NCBI GenBank assembly: GCA_036556825.1
Contig: DATBIR010000056.1
Location: 4,163 to 68,162, forward strand
Direction of reading: 5' to 3'
Source: Beijerinckiaceae bacterium
GTDB lineage: Bacteria; Pseudomonadota; Alphaproteobacteria; Rhizobiales; Beijerinckiaceae
Length of the DNA: 64,000 bases
The position numbers were made by a program, and so were the translations under genes. A model generated the notes under the pieces. That model did not search any database, was not told where the DNA came from, and saw only the letters and a list, made by a program, of their open reading frames with translations. Shown in pieces: positions 9,648 through 20,578 of this stretch. The first letter of the stretch is position 1. Each line of letters begins with the position of its first letter.

Positions 9648-11540
9648 TCAGGCCTGCCCGGACCTGGCGAGCAATGCGCCGATGTCCGCAAAGGGCTTGG
9701 GGGGGCTGAAGTAATAGCCCTGCGCCTCAGTGCAGCCTTCAGACGCGATGCAGCTGAGCTGTTCCGCGGTTTCCACCCCTTCCGCGGTCGTCGCCATGCC
9801 CAGGTTGTTGCACATGCCGGTGATTGCCCGCACGATCGCCCGGCTCTCGGCATTTTGCGCGACGTCACTGACGAAGGAACGGTCGATCTTGACTTTCTCG
9901 AAGTGGAAACGCCGCAGATAGCTCAGGCTCGAATAGCCCGTTCCAAAGTCGTCCATGGCGATGCGCACGCCGAGATCCCTGATCTGCCGCAGGATCGCAA
10001 GGTTCCTGTCGCTGTCATCGAGCAGCACTGACTCGGTGATCTCGAGTTCCAGGCGGCTTGGCGGAAGGCCCGAGGCGGAGAGCGCCTGAACGATCGCCGG
10101 AACAAGGCTCGGACTGCGGAACTGCACCGGAGAGAGGTTCACCGCAACCTTGATGTCTTGCGGCCAGCCCGCGGCGTGCTCGCAAGCCTGCCTGATGGCC
10201 CATTCCCCGATCGGCGCGATGAAGCCGAGCTCTTCGGCCAAGGGAATGAACTGAGCGGGTGAAACAAGGCCACGCGTGGCATTCGACCAGCGCAGCAGCG
10301 CCTCGAAGCCGGCAATCCTCCGCGTGTGCAGATTGATGAGGGGCTGGTAGTGGAGTTCGAACTCGCGCCGGGTAAGGGCGCCGCGCAGCTCGACCTCCAT
10401 CGAGCGGCGCGCCTGCGCGAGGGCATCCATCTCCGGCTCGAAAAACCGGAACGTGCCACGCCCGTCGGCCTTGGCGCGATAGAGCGCTAGATCGGCATTC
10501 TTGAGCAGTTGCTCGGGATCGGCGTCGTTGCCGAGCATCACGGCAATCCCGGCGCTGACGGACAGGTTGAGCTGATGGCCATCGACGAAGAACGGCTCGC
10601 TCATCACTGCGACGAGGCGCGAGGCGAGCGCGTCCGCGCTGCGCGGCTGGCTGTCACCGCTCTGCAGGACGGCGAACTCGTCGCCGCCCAGGCGCGCGGT
10701 CTTGTCGGTGTCGCGCACGTTCTCCTGAAGACGCGCGGCAACCGCCTTGAGCAGGGCATCGCCGACCGAGTGGCCGAGGGTGTCGTTCACGATCTTGAAC
10801 CCGTCCAGATCCAGGAAGATCACGCCGATCGCGCCGCCATTCCGACGGACACGGACGAGCGCTTCCTCCAGCTGCTGACGGAGAAGGACGCGATTGCCGA
10901 GGCCGGTCAACGCATCGAAATGCGCGAGATAGTGAACTTTCTCCTCGGATTGCCGCCGGTGCTCGATTTCCAGCCGCAGGCGATCGTTCGCCGAGGCAAG
11001 GCTTGCGGTGCGTTCGGCGACGCGCTCCTCGAGCTCCTCGTTCATCTTGCGCAGCGCTTCGTTGGCGAGCCTGACCTCCTCCTCCGCGCGCTTGCGGCCG
11101 ATCTGCGTGTTGACGCGCGCCAACGCCACGGCAAAGTCGACGGGCTTGGTCACATAGTCGTTGGCGCCGAGTTCCAGGGCCTTCACCACGTCTTCGCTTT
11201 GGCTCTTGGCGGTCACCATGATGATAGGCAGGGAGACCGCCGAGTGATGCTCGCGCAGCCGCCTCAGCACGTCCATGCCGTCAATGTCCGGCATCATCAC
11301 ATCGAGCAGGACGAGATCGAAGGCCTGCTGCGCGATCAGCTCAATGGCGCGGTGGCCGCCATCCGCCTCGGTGATCTCGAAACCGCGCCGCTCGAACCGT
11401 CGCGCCAGGACGGCACGATTGTCGGCGATGTCGTCGACGATCAGCAGGCGCGGCCGTGCTGCCATAGGCGCATCGGCCGGGTCCGGCCCAGGGGCGAGGA
11501 CGGATGTGTCGGTATGCGGAGCGAGCGCGGCGGCGGACAT
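9648..11540 (-). CDS. REC - coiled coil - GGDEF - EAL protein
   Basis: REC motifs IVDD/LDVMMP/KP; DALTGLGNR; RLGGDEF; FEALLR; MDDFGTG; KIDRSF; AEGVE. Confidence 0.95.
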   Translation of the reverse strand: MSAAALAPHTDTSVLAPGPDPADAPMAARPRLLIVDDIADNRAVLARRFERRGFEITEADGGHRAIELIAQQAFDLVLLDVMMPDIDGMDVLRRLREHHSAVSLPIIMVTAKSQSEDVVKALELGANDYVTKPVDFAVALARVNTQIGRKRAEEEVRLANEALRKMNEELEERVAERTASLASANDRLRLEIEHRRQSEEKVHYLAHFDALTGLGNRVLLRQQLEEALVRVRRNGGAIGVIFLDLDGFKIVNDTLGHSVGDALLKAVAARLQENVRDTDKTARLGGDEFAVLQSGDSQPRSADALASRLVAVMSEPFFVDGHQLNLSVSAGIAVMLGNDADPEQLLKNADLALYRAKADGRGTFRFFEPEMDALAQARRSMEVELRGALTRREFELHYQPLINLHTRRIAGFEALLRWSNATRGLVSPAQFIPLAEELGFIAPIGEWAIRQACEHAAGWPQDIKVAVNLSPVQFRSPSLVPAIVQALSASGLPPSRLELEITESVLLDDSDRNLAILRQIRDLGVRIAMDDFGTGYSSLSYLRRFHFEKVKIDRSFVSDVAQNAESRAIVRAITGMCNNLGMATTAEGVETAEQLSCIASEGCTEAQGYYFSPPKPFADIGALLARSGQA

Positions 11541-11544
11541 CGGC

Positions 11545-12978
<1,434 letters not shown>

Positions 12979-13137
12979 GCCCGAGTCTCAACCGTCCCTG
13001 GGAGATAAAACGAAATTTGGCAGAGAGTGATTGACCAATGATTTACGCTGCAGGCGGGCGCCCGCGTGGCGCCAGCTCGGGAGAAAATTGTTCCTCGTGG
13101 TCGGATCGGAAAGTGAAGCGGCGCATGAGCGTCGGCG

Positions 13138-13175
13138 AAAAAAGTCAGGGCGGGCCGTTCTGCGGTCCCGCCCTG
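13138..13175 (-). terminator. Rho-independent terminator of the Omp25-like gene
   Basis: On the minus strand, a cagggcggg...cccgccctg stem followed by ACTTTTTT. Confidence 0.75.
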
Positions 13176-13228
13176 CGTGAGGTCTTGCGCGAGCCCCGTT
13201 ATTTTGGGGCGCGGCTTGCGGATGGACG

Positions 13229-14038
13229 TCAGAACCTGACGTTCACGCCGCCGCGAACGATGTTCCCGTCGTTCTTGAACTTGTAGTCGATGAACTCGGC
13301 GCCGAACCCCGCGGTGGCCGGGTCGCTCGCGTGAATGGTGCGGTCGCCGAGATTGTAGTAGAGATACTCGGCCTTGAGGCTGATGCTGTCGGTCAGGGCA
13401 TATTCCATGCCGCCGCCGACGACTGCACCCCATTCGGTGTCGCTGCGGCTCCAGGTCTTGTTGTAGGCGATCATCGGGATGCCGATGCCGAAGGAGTTGG
13501 TCACCTCGCCGCCGGCGACACCAGCCGTCACGAAGAACAAGGCACGGTCGACGGCGATGCCGCCACGCAGCCGGAAGGTGGCGAGCCACTCGAGCTCGGT
13601 GCCGAAGGTGCTGTTGGTCAGCGCGCCGGCGAAAGGCCACGGCGGCGGAGCTGGGTCGATCACGCTGTAGGTCTTGCTATCCTGACTCCCCGCCCAGGAA
13701 ATGTCGGCCTCGGCGCCGGCGACGAACATGCCGAACTGCATATTGTAGCCGGCCTGCGCACCACCGATGAAGGCCTCGCGATCGATGCCGATATTGGTCG
13801 GGAAGACCCCGTTGCGAATGTCGACCGGGAGCAGATTGCCCCCGACGCTGACCATTTCCGCGTCTGCGTCGCTCCACGTGTAGCCGGCATTGGCGCCGAC
13901 ATAGAAACCGGTCCAGGTGAAGGCCGGAGCGGCGAAAGATGGTGCGACGACGGCGGCCCGGCCGGGCAGATCCGCAGCAGATGCGGCACTCGCTGCCGTC
14001 ATCGCAGCCATAACCAGAAACAACCTCTTCATGAACAC
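13229..14038 (-). CDS. Omp25/Omp31/RopB family outer-membrane beta-barrel protein
   Basis: ASA-ADLP signal cleavage; FTWTGFYVGANAGY; GGAQAGYN; LKAEYLY; terminal VRGGVNVRF. Confidence 0.92.
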   Translation of the reverse strand: MFMKRLFLVMAAMTAASAASAADLPGRAAVVAPSFAAPAFTWTGFYVGANAGYTWSDADAEMVSVGGNLLPVDIRNGVFPTNIGIDREAFIGGAQAGYNMQFGMFVAGAEADISWAGSQDSKTYSVIDPAPPPWPFAGALTNSTFGTELEWLATFRLRGGIAVDRALFFVTAGVAGGEVTNSFGIGIPMIAYNKTWSRSDTEWGAVVGGGMEYALTDSISLKAEYLYYNLGDRTIHASDPATAGFGAEFIDYKFKNDGNIVRGGVNVRF

Positions 14039-14102
14039 GCCCCCAACAAGAACGTCGCGGATGATCCGCAGAGCGCCTCACCCCGTGAATGACACCGCAT
14101 GC

Positions 14103-14117
14103 TTAACGAAGCGTAAA
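14103..14117. promoter_or_regulatory. Near-consensus CtrA box in the divergent Omp25 / kinase B promoter region
   Basis: ttaa-cgaagcg-taaa; extra TTAACC half-site at 14195. Confidence 0.4.
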
Positions 14118-14245
14118 AGGACGGGCCAAGAGGTTGATATGTGGCGTGAACGGCACGACCGGCCGGCGGACTTCCGGCAAGTCCCAAGAAAGGTTTAACC
14201 GAAACAGCCTAGAGTTTTCCTGGCCTGCGTGGCCCGGGGACCGCC

Positions 14246-15745
14246 ATGAACAATCGTCTGCAACTGTCGCTGATCATGCTGAACCGGCTGGTCGACTGGT
14301 TCATCCCGGCCGAGCTCGCAGCCGATAGAGAGAGCCGCAAACAGGCGCGCATGTTTCTGATCAGCCACCTGTTCGGGCCGTTCATGGGCAACACCGTCCC
14401 GGGGGGGCTCTACTTGCTCGATCCGACGCCGGGTTATCCGGTGGCGGTCCTGGCCGTATCCATCACGGCGTTCTGGGTGTTTCCGTTCGTTCTGCGCGCG
14501 CTCGGTCGCTACAATATGCTGGTCCTGCTGTCGGTCCAGAACCTGATCTTCTGCATCCTGTGGAGCTGCTATTTCTATGGCGGAGTCGGCTCCCCCACCC
14601 TGCCTTGGGTGCTGACCATCCCCCTGCTCGCTTTCTTCTATCTGGGGCCCAATCCGTCGCTGCGCCTCACCGTGCTGGCGTTGTTTGCGGCCAATTTCGC
14701 CGTTTTCGCCGCCTTGGAGATCCTCTTCGACCCGCCCATGAACGACATGCCGTCAGCTTCCGTGCAGGGCCTGGGCATCGTATCAACGGTGGCCGCCTCG
14801 CTCTATGTGACGATGATGGCCTTCTACTACGCCAAGATCCTTGCCTCCGGCGCCGAGCTGGAGAACGAGATGAAACGCCACCTGGCTACCGCGACCGAGC
14901 TGCGCCGTGCCGCCGCCGAGTCCGAACGCGCGGGCGCCGCGAAAGCCGAGTTCCTCGCCAAGATGAGTCACGAGCTGCGCACGCCGCTCAACGCCGTGAT
15001 CGGCTACAGCCAGATGCTGCTCGAAGATGCCGACGCCGAAGGCGACAAGCAAAGTGCCGCCGATCTCGAGAAGATCCATGCGGCAGGGCATCATCTTTTG
15101 AGGCTGGTCAACGAGGTACTCGACCTGTCCAAGATCGAGGCTGGCAAGATGGAGCTGTTTGCGGAGGACGTCGAAATCGGCTCCTTGATCTGCGACGTGG
15201 TGGACAGCTTCCGGACCGCTGCCCAGGCGAACGGCAATGAGCTGTCCCTGACCTTGGAGGGTAAACTCGGCAGCGTCCGTTGCGACGCAAAGAAGGTGCA
15301 GCAGGCGATCGCTCAGATCGTCGACAATGCCGTCAAATTCACCGAGAACGGCCGCGTGACCGTGACCGTGGCACGCACATCTGGTGAGCGTGGCGAGCAG
15401 ATCGTCATCGCGGTGCGCGACACCGGCATCGGAATTGCCCAAAGCGCCATTCCGAACCTCTTCGAGAAATTCAGCGGCGGAGACGATACAACTTCGACCA
15501 AATACGGCGGCACTGGTCTCGGTCTTGCCCTGAGCCTCAAGCTTTGCCGCCTGATGGGCGGCGACATTGCGGTCGCGAGCGAAGTCGGCGCAGGCAGCTG
15601 TTTCACCATCACCCTGCCGACCCTGTTGGCGACCTCCCTGCCCGTCGTCGAGGCCGCCGAAGAAGGCGTCCAGGCGCTCGTTGCGCTCGCTCAGCAGAAT
15701 CCTGGCGCACCGACACCGAACGTGCCCTTGACCGACGCCGCGTGA
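14246..15745 (+). CDS. Multi-TM sensor histidine kinase (paralog B)
   Basis: Shares DWFIP, HLFGP, AFWV.PF, YGGV.SP.LPW and an identical H-box with paralog A; HATPase G boxes present. Confidence 0.95.
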   Translation: MNNRLQLSLIMLNRLVDWFIPAELAADRESRKQARMFLISHLFGPFMGNTVPGGLYLLDPTPGYPVAVLAVSITAFWVFPFVLRALGRYNMLVLLSVQNLIFCILWSCYFYGGVGSPTLPWVLTIPLLAFFYLGPNPSLRLTVLALFAANFAVFAALEILFDPPMNDMPSASVQGLGIVSTVAASLYVTMMAFYYAKILASGAELENEMKRHLATATELRRAAAESERAGAAKAEFLAKMSHELRTPLNAVIGYSQMLLEDADAEGDKQSAADLEKIHAAGHHLLRLVNEVLDLSKIEAGKMELFAEDVEIGSLICDVVDSFRTAAQANGNELSLTLEGKLGSVRCDAKKVQQAIAQIVDNAVKFTENGRVTVTVARTSGERGEQIVIAVRDTGIGIAQSAIPNLFEKFSGGDDTTSTKYGGTGLGLALSLKLCRLMGGDIAVASEVGAGSCFTITLPTLLATSLPVVEAAEEGVQALVALAQQNPGAPTPNVPLTDAA

Positions 15746-15774
15746 CCATGAGCAATCAACAGGAGGCGCCACCC

Positions 15775-16179
15775 ATGCCAAAAATCCTGCTCGTCGAAGA
15801 CAACGAAATGAACCGCGACATGCTGACCCGCAGGTTGCAGCGCAATGGCTTTTCGGTGTGCTGCGCGCCTGACGGCCCGACCGGCGTTGCCATGGCGGCC
15901 GAGGAGCAGCCGGACCTGATCCTCATGGACGTAGCTCTCGGGGAGATGGATGGCTGGGAAGCAACGCAACTGATCAAGAGCAGGCCGAGCACGGCTGACA
16001 TCCCTATCATTGCCCTGACGGCGCATGCCCTCGCCAGCGACCGGGAGAAAAGCGTCGAGGTCGGGTGCAGCGACTTCGACACCAAGCCGATCGACCTGCC
16101 GCGCCTTCTGGAGAAGATCCGGACGTGCTTGGCGGCAAACAGCCGGGACGGTACGCGCGCCACTGCAGCGGCGCACTGA
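15775..16179 (+). CDS. Single-domain response regulator (DivK-like subgroup)
   Basis: AGGAGG RBS; KILLVEDNEMNR, LILMD, ALTAHA, TKP. Confidence 0.93.
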   Translation: MPKILLVEDNEMNRDMLTRRLQRNGFSVCCAPDGPTGVAMAAEEQPDLILMDVALGEMDGWEATQLIKSRPSTADIPIIALTAHALASDREKSVEVGCSDFDTKPIDLPRLLEKIRTCLAANSRDGTRATAAAH

Positions 16180-16286
16180 CGTTATTTGTCGCTGAGCCAG
16201 CCGCTCCCGCATCGCGGCCCGGCGGGCGCCCTCGCTACGTTTCAGGTCAGCGCCCGGCCGGTTATTGCAAAGTCAGCGAAATAGAT

Positions 16287-16331
16287 CAGTAACAATAATC
16301 AAGCGGTAACCAAAAAGACATCGGTAACCGA
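16287..16331 (+). promoter_or_regulatory. Three phased GTAAC direct repeats upstream of the PLP enzyme
   Basis: GTAAC at 16289, 16306 and 16324 (two as CGGTAACC) in an AT-rich tract. Confidence 0.45.
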
Positions 16332-16472
16332 GATAGGGATTTCGCGCCCTGATCTCCCGCTTGCAGCCCTGTCCGGCGGCAAAAGCAAAGAGTGGTTTAC
16401 TTGCCGGTGCTACATCAACCTGATCGCCACAACGTATCTTGAACTAGAAACAGGCGAGCAGGAGAGACGATT

Positions 16473-17807
16473 ATGAAACGTGGGGACAGCTATGTCCCGC
16501 CGGCGGCGCTTGCCGGCAGCATGCGGGATTTCAGGGTACCGCAGGGGGACGATCTTCTCGCGCGCGTCGGCAGCTTTTTCCGCTGGCAGGATTTGCGTCG
16601 GCAGCACGGCTTGTGGCCGTTTTGCAGGTCGACCGAAGAGGGCCCGACGGCCGTCTGCGCCGCGCGCGACGATTCAGGCAACAGCATGCGGGGCGTCAAC
16701 TTCGCGTCCCAGGACTATCTGAGCCTTTCTTCTCACCCGGTCATCAAGGCGACCGCGCAGGACGTGATCGAGCGCTACGGGGTGCATAGCGCCGGCTCGC
16801 CCGCGCTGGTCGGGAATACGACGCACTCGATCGCCCTCGAGCGCAAGATCGCCGAGTTCCTGCAAATGGATGAGGTGACCCTCTATCCGACGGGCTGGGC
16901 GGCAGGCTTCGGCGTGATCAAGGGCCTCGTCCGCAGCGCCGACCATATCGTCATCGACGCCCTCGCGCATACCTGCCTGCAGGAAGGCGCATCGGCGGCC
17001 ACGCGCAACATCTGCACCTTCCGCCACAACGACCTGGAGCATTGCCGGCACTGGCTGAGCAAGATCCGGGCGAAGGATACCCAGAACGGGATCATGGTCC
17101 TTACCGAGGGCCTGTTCTCGATGGATTCGGACACACCCGACCTCGCAGCGCTGCAGGATCTCTGCCGCGAGTTCAAGGCAACGTTGATGGTCGACGTCGC
17201 CCATGACCTCGGCTCGCTGGGAACGGGCGGTCGCGGCCATATCGGCTTGCAGAACATGCTCGGCAAGGTCGATATCGTGATGGGCAGCTTCTCGAAGACG
17301 TTTGCTTCGAACGGCGGCTTTGTCGCGACCAAGAGCCGGGCCGTGAAGGAATATCTCGGCTTCTACAGCCCGTCCTGCACGTTCTCGAACGCACTCTCGC
17401 CGGCACAGGCCGCGGTGGTGCTGAAGGCCTTCGAGATCGTCGACTCCGCCGAAGGCGAAGAGTTGCGCAACGCGCTGCTTCGCAATGTGCTCAGCCTCAG
17501 GCAGCAACTGCAGGACGCCGGCATGGAAGTCTACGGCGACCCGTCGGCAATCGTCTGCGTGAAAATGGGTGCCGAAGGTCTAGCGCGCCTCGTCAGCCGC
17601 CGCTTGCCTCAGGCCGGCGTCATCGCCAACCTGGTGGAATACCCGGCTGTGGCAAAGGGCGCCGCTCGGTTCAGACTGCAGGTAATGGCCAAGCATACCG
17701 AGCAGAACATCACGGATGCCGTCAAGCGCATCCGGGGCGCCGTGGACGAGGCCACCGCGGAGCTCAGCGCCATGACCCAGCCGCAGCAGTTGAAGGCTAC
17801 GGCCTGA
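16473..17807 (+). CDS. PLP-dependent alpha-oxoamine synthase family protein (AONS/KBL/SPT/CqsA fold)
   Basis: NFASQDYLSL, LERKIAEF, DALAHTCL, FRHND, EGLFSMD, DVAHD, GSFSK (PLP lysine), FSNAL, YPAV.KG.ARFR. Confidence 0.93.
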   Translation: MKRGDSYVPPAALAGSMRDFRVPQGDDLLARVGSFFRWQDLRRQHGLWPFCRSTEEGPTAVCAARDDSGNSMRGVNFASQDYLSLSSHPVIKATAQDVIERYGVHSAGSPALVGNTTHSIALERKIAEFLQMDEVTLYPTGWAAGFGVIKGLVRSADHIVIDALAHTCLQEGASAATRNICTFRHNDLEHCRHWLSKIRAKDTQNGIMVLTEGLFSMDSDTPDLAALQDLCREFKATLMVDVAHDLGSLGTGGRGHIGLQNMLGKVDIVMGSFSKTFASNGGFVATKSRAVKEYLGFYSPSCTFSNALSPAQAAVVLKAFEIVDSAEGEELRNALLRNVLSLRQQLQDAGMEVYGDPSAIVCVKMGAEGLARLVSRRLPQAGVIANLVEYPAVAKGAARFRLQVMAKHTEQNITDAVKRIRGAVDEATAELSAMTQPQQLKATA

Positions 17808-17857
17808 CGCGCCGCCCGGCGCGGGCACGTGACACGCGCTTCGGCGCGGAATGCATA

Positions 17858-17897
17858 GAGGGCTTCGATGCACCGTTCGGGCTGCATCGGAGCCCTC
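17858..17897. terminator. 15-bp hairpin after the synthase gene (terminator or stabiliser)
   Basis: gagggcttcgatgca / tgcatcggagccctc; weak U tract. Confidence 0.45.
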
Positions 17898-18145
17898 CTC
17901 GCTCGCGCCGGTGATCGCTATCTGCGCTCGAGGTCGATCCCGTAAAGAGCCGATTCAACTTTGTGAGCTATTTTGAATTGAGTTGGGAAGGTCGATGCGA
18001 ATCTCCGCCATCGCGAAAGCAATCCTCGTCCGCTGCCTGGTCATCGCGCTGGCGCTCGCATTCATGAGCTCCCGCCGAGCCGCACAGCGCTAGACGGCTC
18101 CGCGCCTTGACTGCTTTCCCGATCGGCTCCTACGACGGATGGCGG

Positions 18146-18535
18146 GTGAAGCTGCCATTCGACTATCACGCGTCGATTCTGGTCGTGGACGATCAGCCAC
18201 AGATGGTTCACCTGATCGAGCGCTATATCCGCAAAATCGGCTTCGACAATGTCGAGCACACCACGGACGGCGCCGAAGCGCTGAACATGGTGCGCAACAA
18301 GCGCTACTGGGTCGTTATCTCCGACCTCAACATGGAGCCCGTCGGCGGGTTGCAGCTGTTGCGCGCCGTGCGTTCGGACGAAAGCCTGCGCAAGACGCGC
18401 TTCATCATGGCGACGGGAGATCTGAACACGGCGAATGTGGCCGCCGCCAAGTGGCTCGGCGTCGATACCTATCTGCTGAAGCCCTTCTCCAGGAGCCAGC
18501 TCGAGACGAAACTGGCCGAGCTCATCGGACGCTGA
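18146..18535 (+). CDS. CheY-like single-domain response regulator
   Basis: ILVVDD, ISDLNMEPVGG, FIMAT, LKPF. Start uncertain (GTG 18146 or TTG 18107). Confidence 0.88.
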   Translation: MKLPFDYHASILVVDDQPQMVHLIERYIRKIGFDNVEHTTDGAEALNMVRNKRYWVVISDLNMEPVGGLQLLRAVRSDESLRKTRFIMATGDLNTANVAAAKWLGVDTYLLKPFSRSQLETKLAELIGR

Positions 18536-18710
18536 AGGTCAGAGGGAAGCATCCCTCCGTGCTTTGCGGGCGCATGGCACACGACGAAGCGGCCTCGCTT
18601 AACGTCCCATTCACGGCCGTGTGGTCTGCTGGACGGCGCCGTTGGGTCCAGCTGACGCGCCACCTCTTGCCCACCGTCAGGCGGGACTTCTCGTGCATAG
18701 TGTGTCCCCC

Positions 18711-18818
18711 ATGGTTCCTTTGTTGGGTTTCGGTGTGTGTTTGCTGATCGGTGGGACCGGCCTCGCAGTGGCAGTCCTGCTCGTGGATGCCGGCAGAAGG
18801 CCCGGCGAGCGCCGCTGA
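18711..18818 (+). CDS. Possible small single-TM protein (35 aa)
   Basis: MVPLLGFGVCLLIGGTGLAVAVLLVDAGRRPGERR; no clear RBS. Confidence 0.25.
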   Translation: MVPLLGFGVCLLIGGTGLAVAVLLVDAGRRPGERR

Positions 18819-18870
18819 ACGCTACCGCTGGCGGCCGGGGATCCCGCGGAGCGGCTTCGCCGACGATGCC

Positions 18871-19257
18871 CTAGAACCCGCCGCCGTTGTTGCGCACCTT
18901 GTCGCAAATCATTTTGTAATCGGACGTGAGCTCGGTGCCGGCCGGCAGGTCGAACGCCGCCCGGTCCTCGCCGAAGGAAATCGCATTCGAGACGGTGTTC
19001 GGCGTGTCGGAATGGTTGAAGTGGCGGGCGTTGTCGCCACACAGCATCCACAAAGCCGTATCCTCGTGCCAAGTGGAATACGTGCGCAGGAAGCGCTGCA
19101 TATGCGTCGGCAGGCTGGCGACCTCTTCCTCGGTATAGACCCGGTCGATGCGCGAGTCGAAGCGCCAGATCAGTTCCCCCTTGGCGACGGGCTGCAGCAG
19201 GAACACGCCGATGCCATGGATCGGGCTAGGCCTCAATTCGGTCTCGACCATCAACAT
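18871..19257 (-). CDS. SET-domain protein (putative lysine methyltransferase)
   Basis: SPIHGIGVF, ARHFNHSDTPN, GTELTSDY; GGAGG RBS. Confidence 0.9.
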   Translation of the reverse strand: MLMVETELRPSPIHGIGVFLLQPVAKGELIWRFDSRIDRVYTEEEVASLPTHMQRFLRTYSTWHEDTALWMLCGDNARHFNHSDTPNTVSNAISFGEDRAAFDLPAGTELTSDYKMICDKVRNNGGGF

Positions 19258-19577
19258 GCAGGCATCCGCCTCCGCTCGTCACGCGTGTCCGCGGGCTGGA
19301 GCAAAGCCCCTCGTTTGCCTACGCTCTAGGGCACAATCGGCGGCACGCCAATATCCGAATCGGCGGCCGGTCCGAATACACGGCACATCCCGGCCCGTGT
19401 CCACAATTTGCCAAATCCGGCACCGGGCCGGCCGCGGGAGCGCCCGGCGTTGCGCAATGGTGCGGCGCGACTTGACAGTGCCGCGGCTCCGAGGCGTCGT
19501 TACATGCAACGGCCGCAAGGCCGGTCATCACTAGCCGGCCCGGCACGACCGGCGACCGGGTGGGAGGAGGAATGGAC

Positions 19578-20546
19578 ATGTCGCGATTTCTCAGGCTTGC
19601 GGCGGGGCTGGCGATGGCTTTCGGCATCGCTCTGCCGGCGGCCGCGCAGGACTACCCGGCGCGCAACGTCAAGATCATCGTGCCCTTCGGGGCCGGCGGT
19701 CCCGCCGACGTCTACGCCCGCTTTCTCGGCCAGCACCTTTCGGAATCGCTCAAGCGCTCGTTCATCATCGAGAACCGGCCCGGAGCGGGCGCGCTGATCG
19801 GGACCGACGAGGTCGCGAAAGCGACGCCCGACGGCTACACGCTGTTGATGATGTCGAACACGCATACCACCAACGAGACGCTCATCCCGAACCGGAACTA
19901 CCAGCTGATGCGCGACTTCGTCCCGGTGGCCCCGGTCAACTATTCCGACCTCGTGATGGTGATCAATCCGGGCGTGCCGGCAAAGAACCTCAAGGAATTC
20001 GTCGCCCTCGCCAAAGCGAAGCCGGGGGCGCTCAACTACGCCTCGTCAGGGCCGGGCACGCCTTACCACATGGCCGGAGAGCTCTTCAAAAGCATGAGCG
20101 GCACGGACATCGTGCACGTGCCGCACCGCGCCAGCGGCGAAGCCCGCACCAGCGTCATGGGCGGCCACACGCAGATGATGCTCGACGCCATCTCGACCAT
20201 GGCCCCGACCGTCAAGGACGGCCAGGTGCGCGCCCTCGGGGTCACGGGAAAGAAGCGCTCGAGCATCCTTCCCGACGTGCCGACGATCGACGAGGCGGGC
20301 GTGCCGGGCTACGAGGCGACCATCTGGCTCGGCATCATGGCGCCGAAAGGAACGCCGCAGCCGATCGTCGACAGGCTCAATACCGAGATCAACAAGGTCC
20401 TGAACCGGCCCGACGTGAAGGAGGCCTGGGCGAAACAGGGCGTCGAGCCGCTGATGATGACGCCGGCCGAGTTCGACAAATATGTGCGCGGCGACATCGA
20501 AAAATGGGCCAAGGTGATCAAGGACGCCGGCATCAAGATGCAGTAG
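19578..20546 (+). CDS. Tripartite tricarboxylate transporter substrate-binding protein (Bug/TctC)
   Basis: YP.R.VKIIVPFGAGG, ENRPGAG, PDGYTLL, LPDVPT. Confidence 0.95.
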   Translation: MSRFLRLAAGLAMAFGIALPAAAQDYPARNVKIIVPFGAGGPADVYARFLGQHLSESLKRSFIIENRPGAGALIGTDEVAKATPDGYTLLMMSNTHTTNETLIPNRNYQLMRDFVPVAPVNYSDLVMVINPGVPAKNLKEFVALAKAKPGALNYASSGPGTPYHMAGELFKSMSGTDIVHVPHRASGEARTSVMGGHTQMMLDAISTMAPTVKDGQVRALGVTGKKRSSILPDVPTIDEAGVPGYEATIWLGIMAPKGTPQPIVDRLNTEINKVLNRPDVKEAWAKQGVEPLMMTPAEFDKYVRGDIEKWAKVIKDAGIKMQ

Positions 20547-20578
20547 GCAACAGCCAGCGGTCAGCAGGCGGTCCTCAC

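Noticed and set aside
16473-17807. Calling the gene bioF, spt or cqsA
   Set aside because: The motifs match none of these cleanly and there is no biotin or sphingolipid context, so no symbol was assigned.
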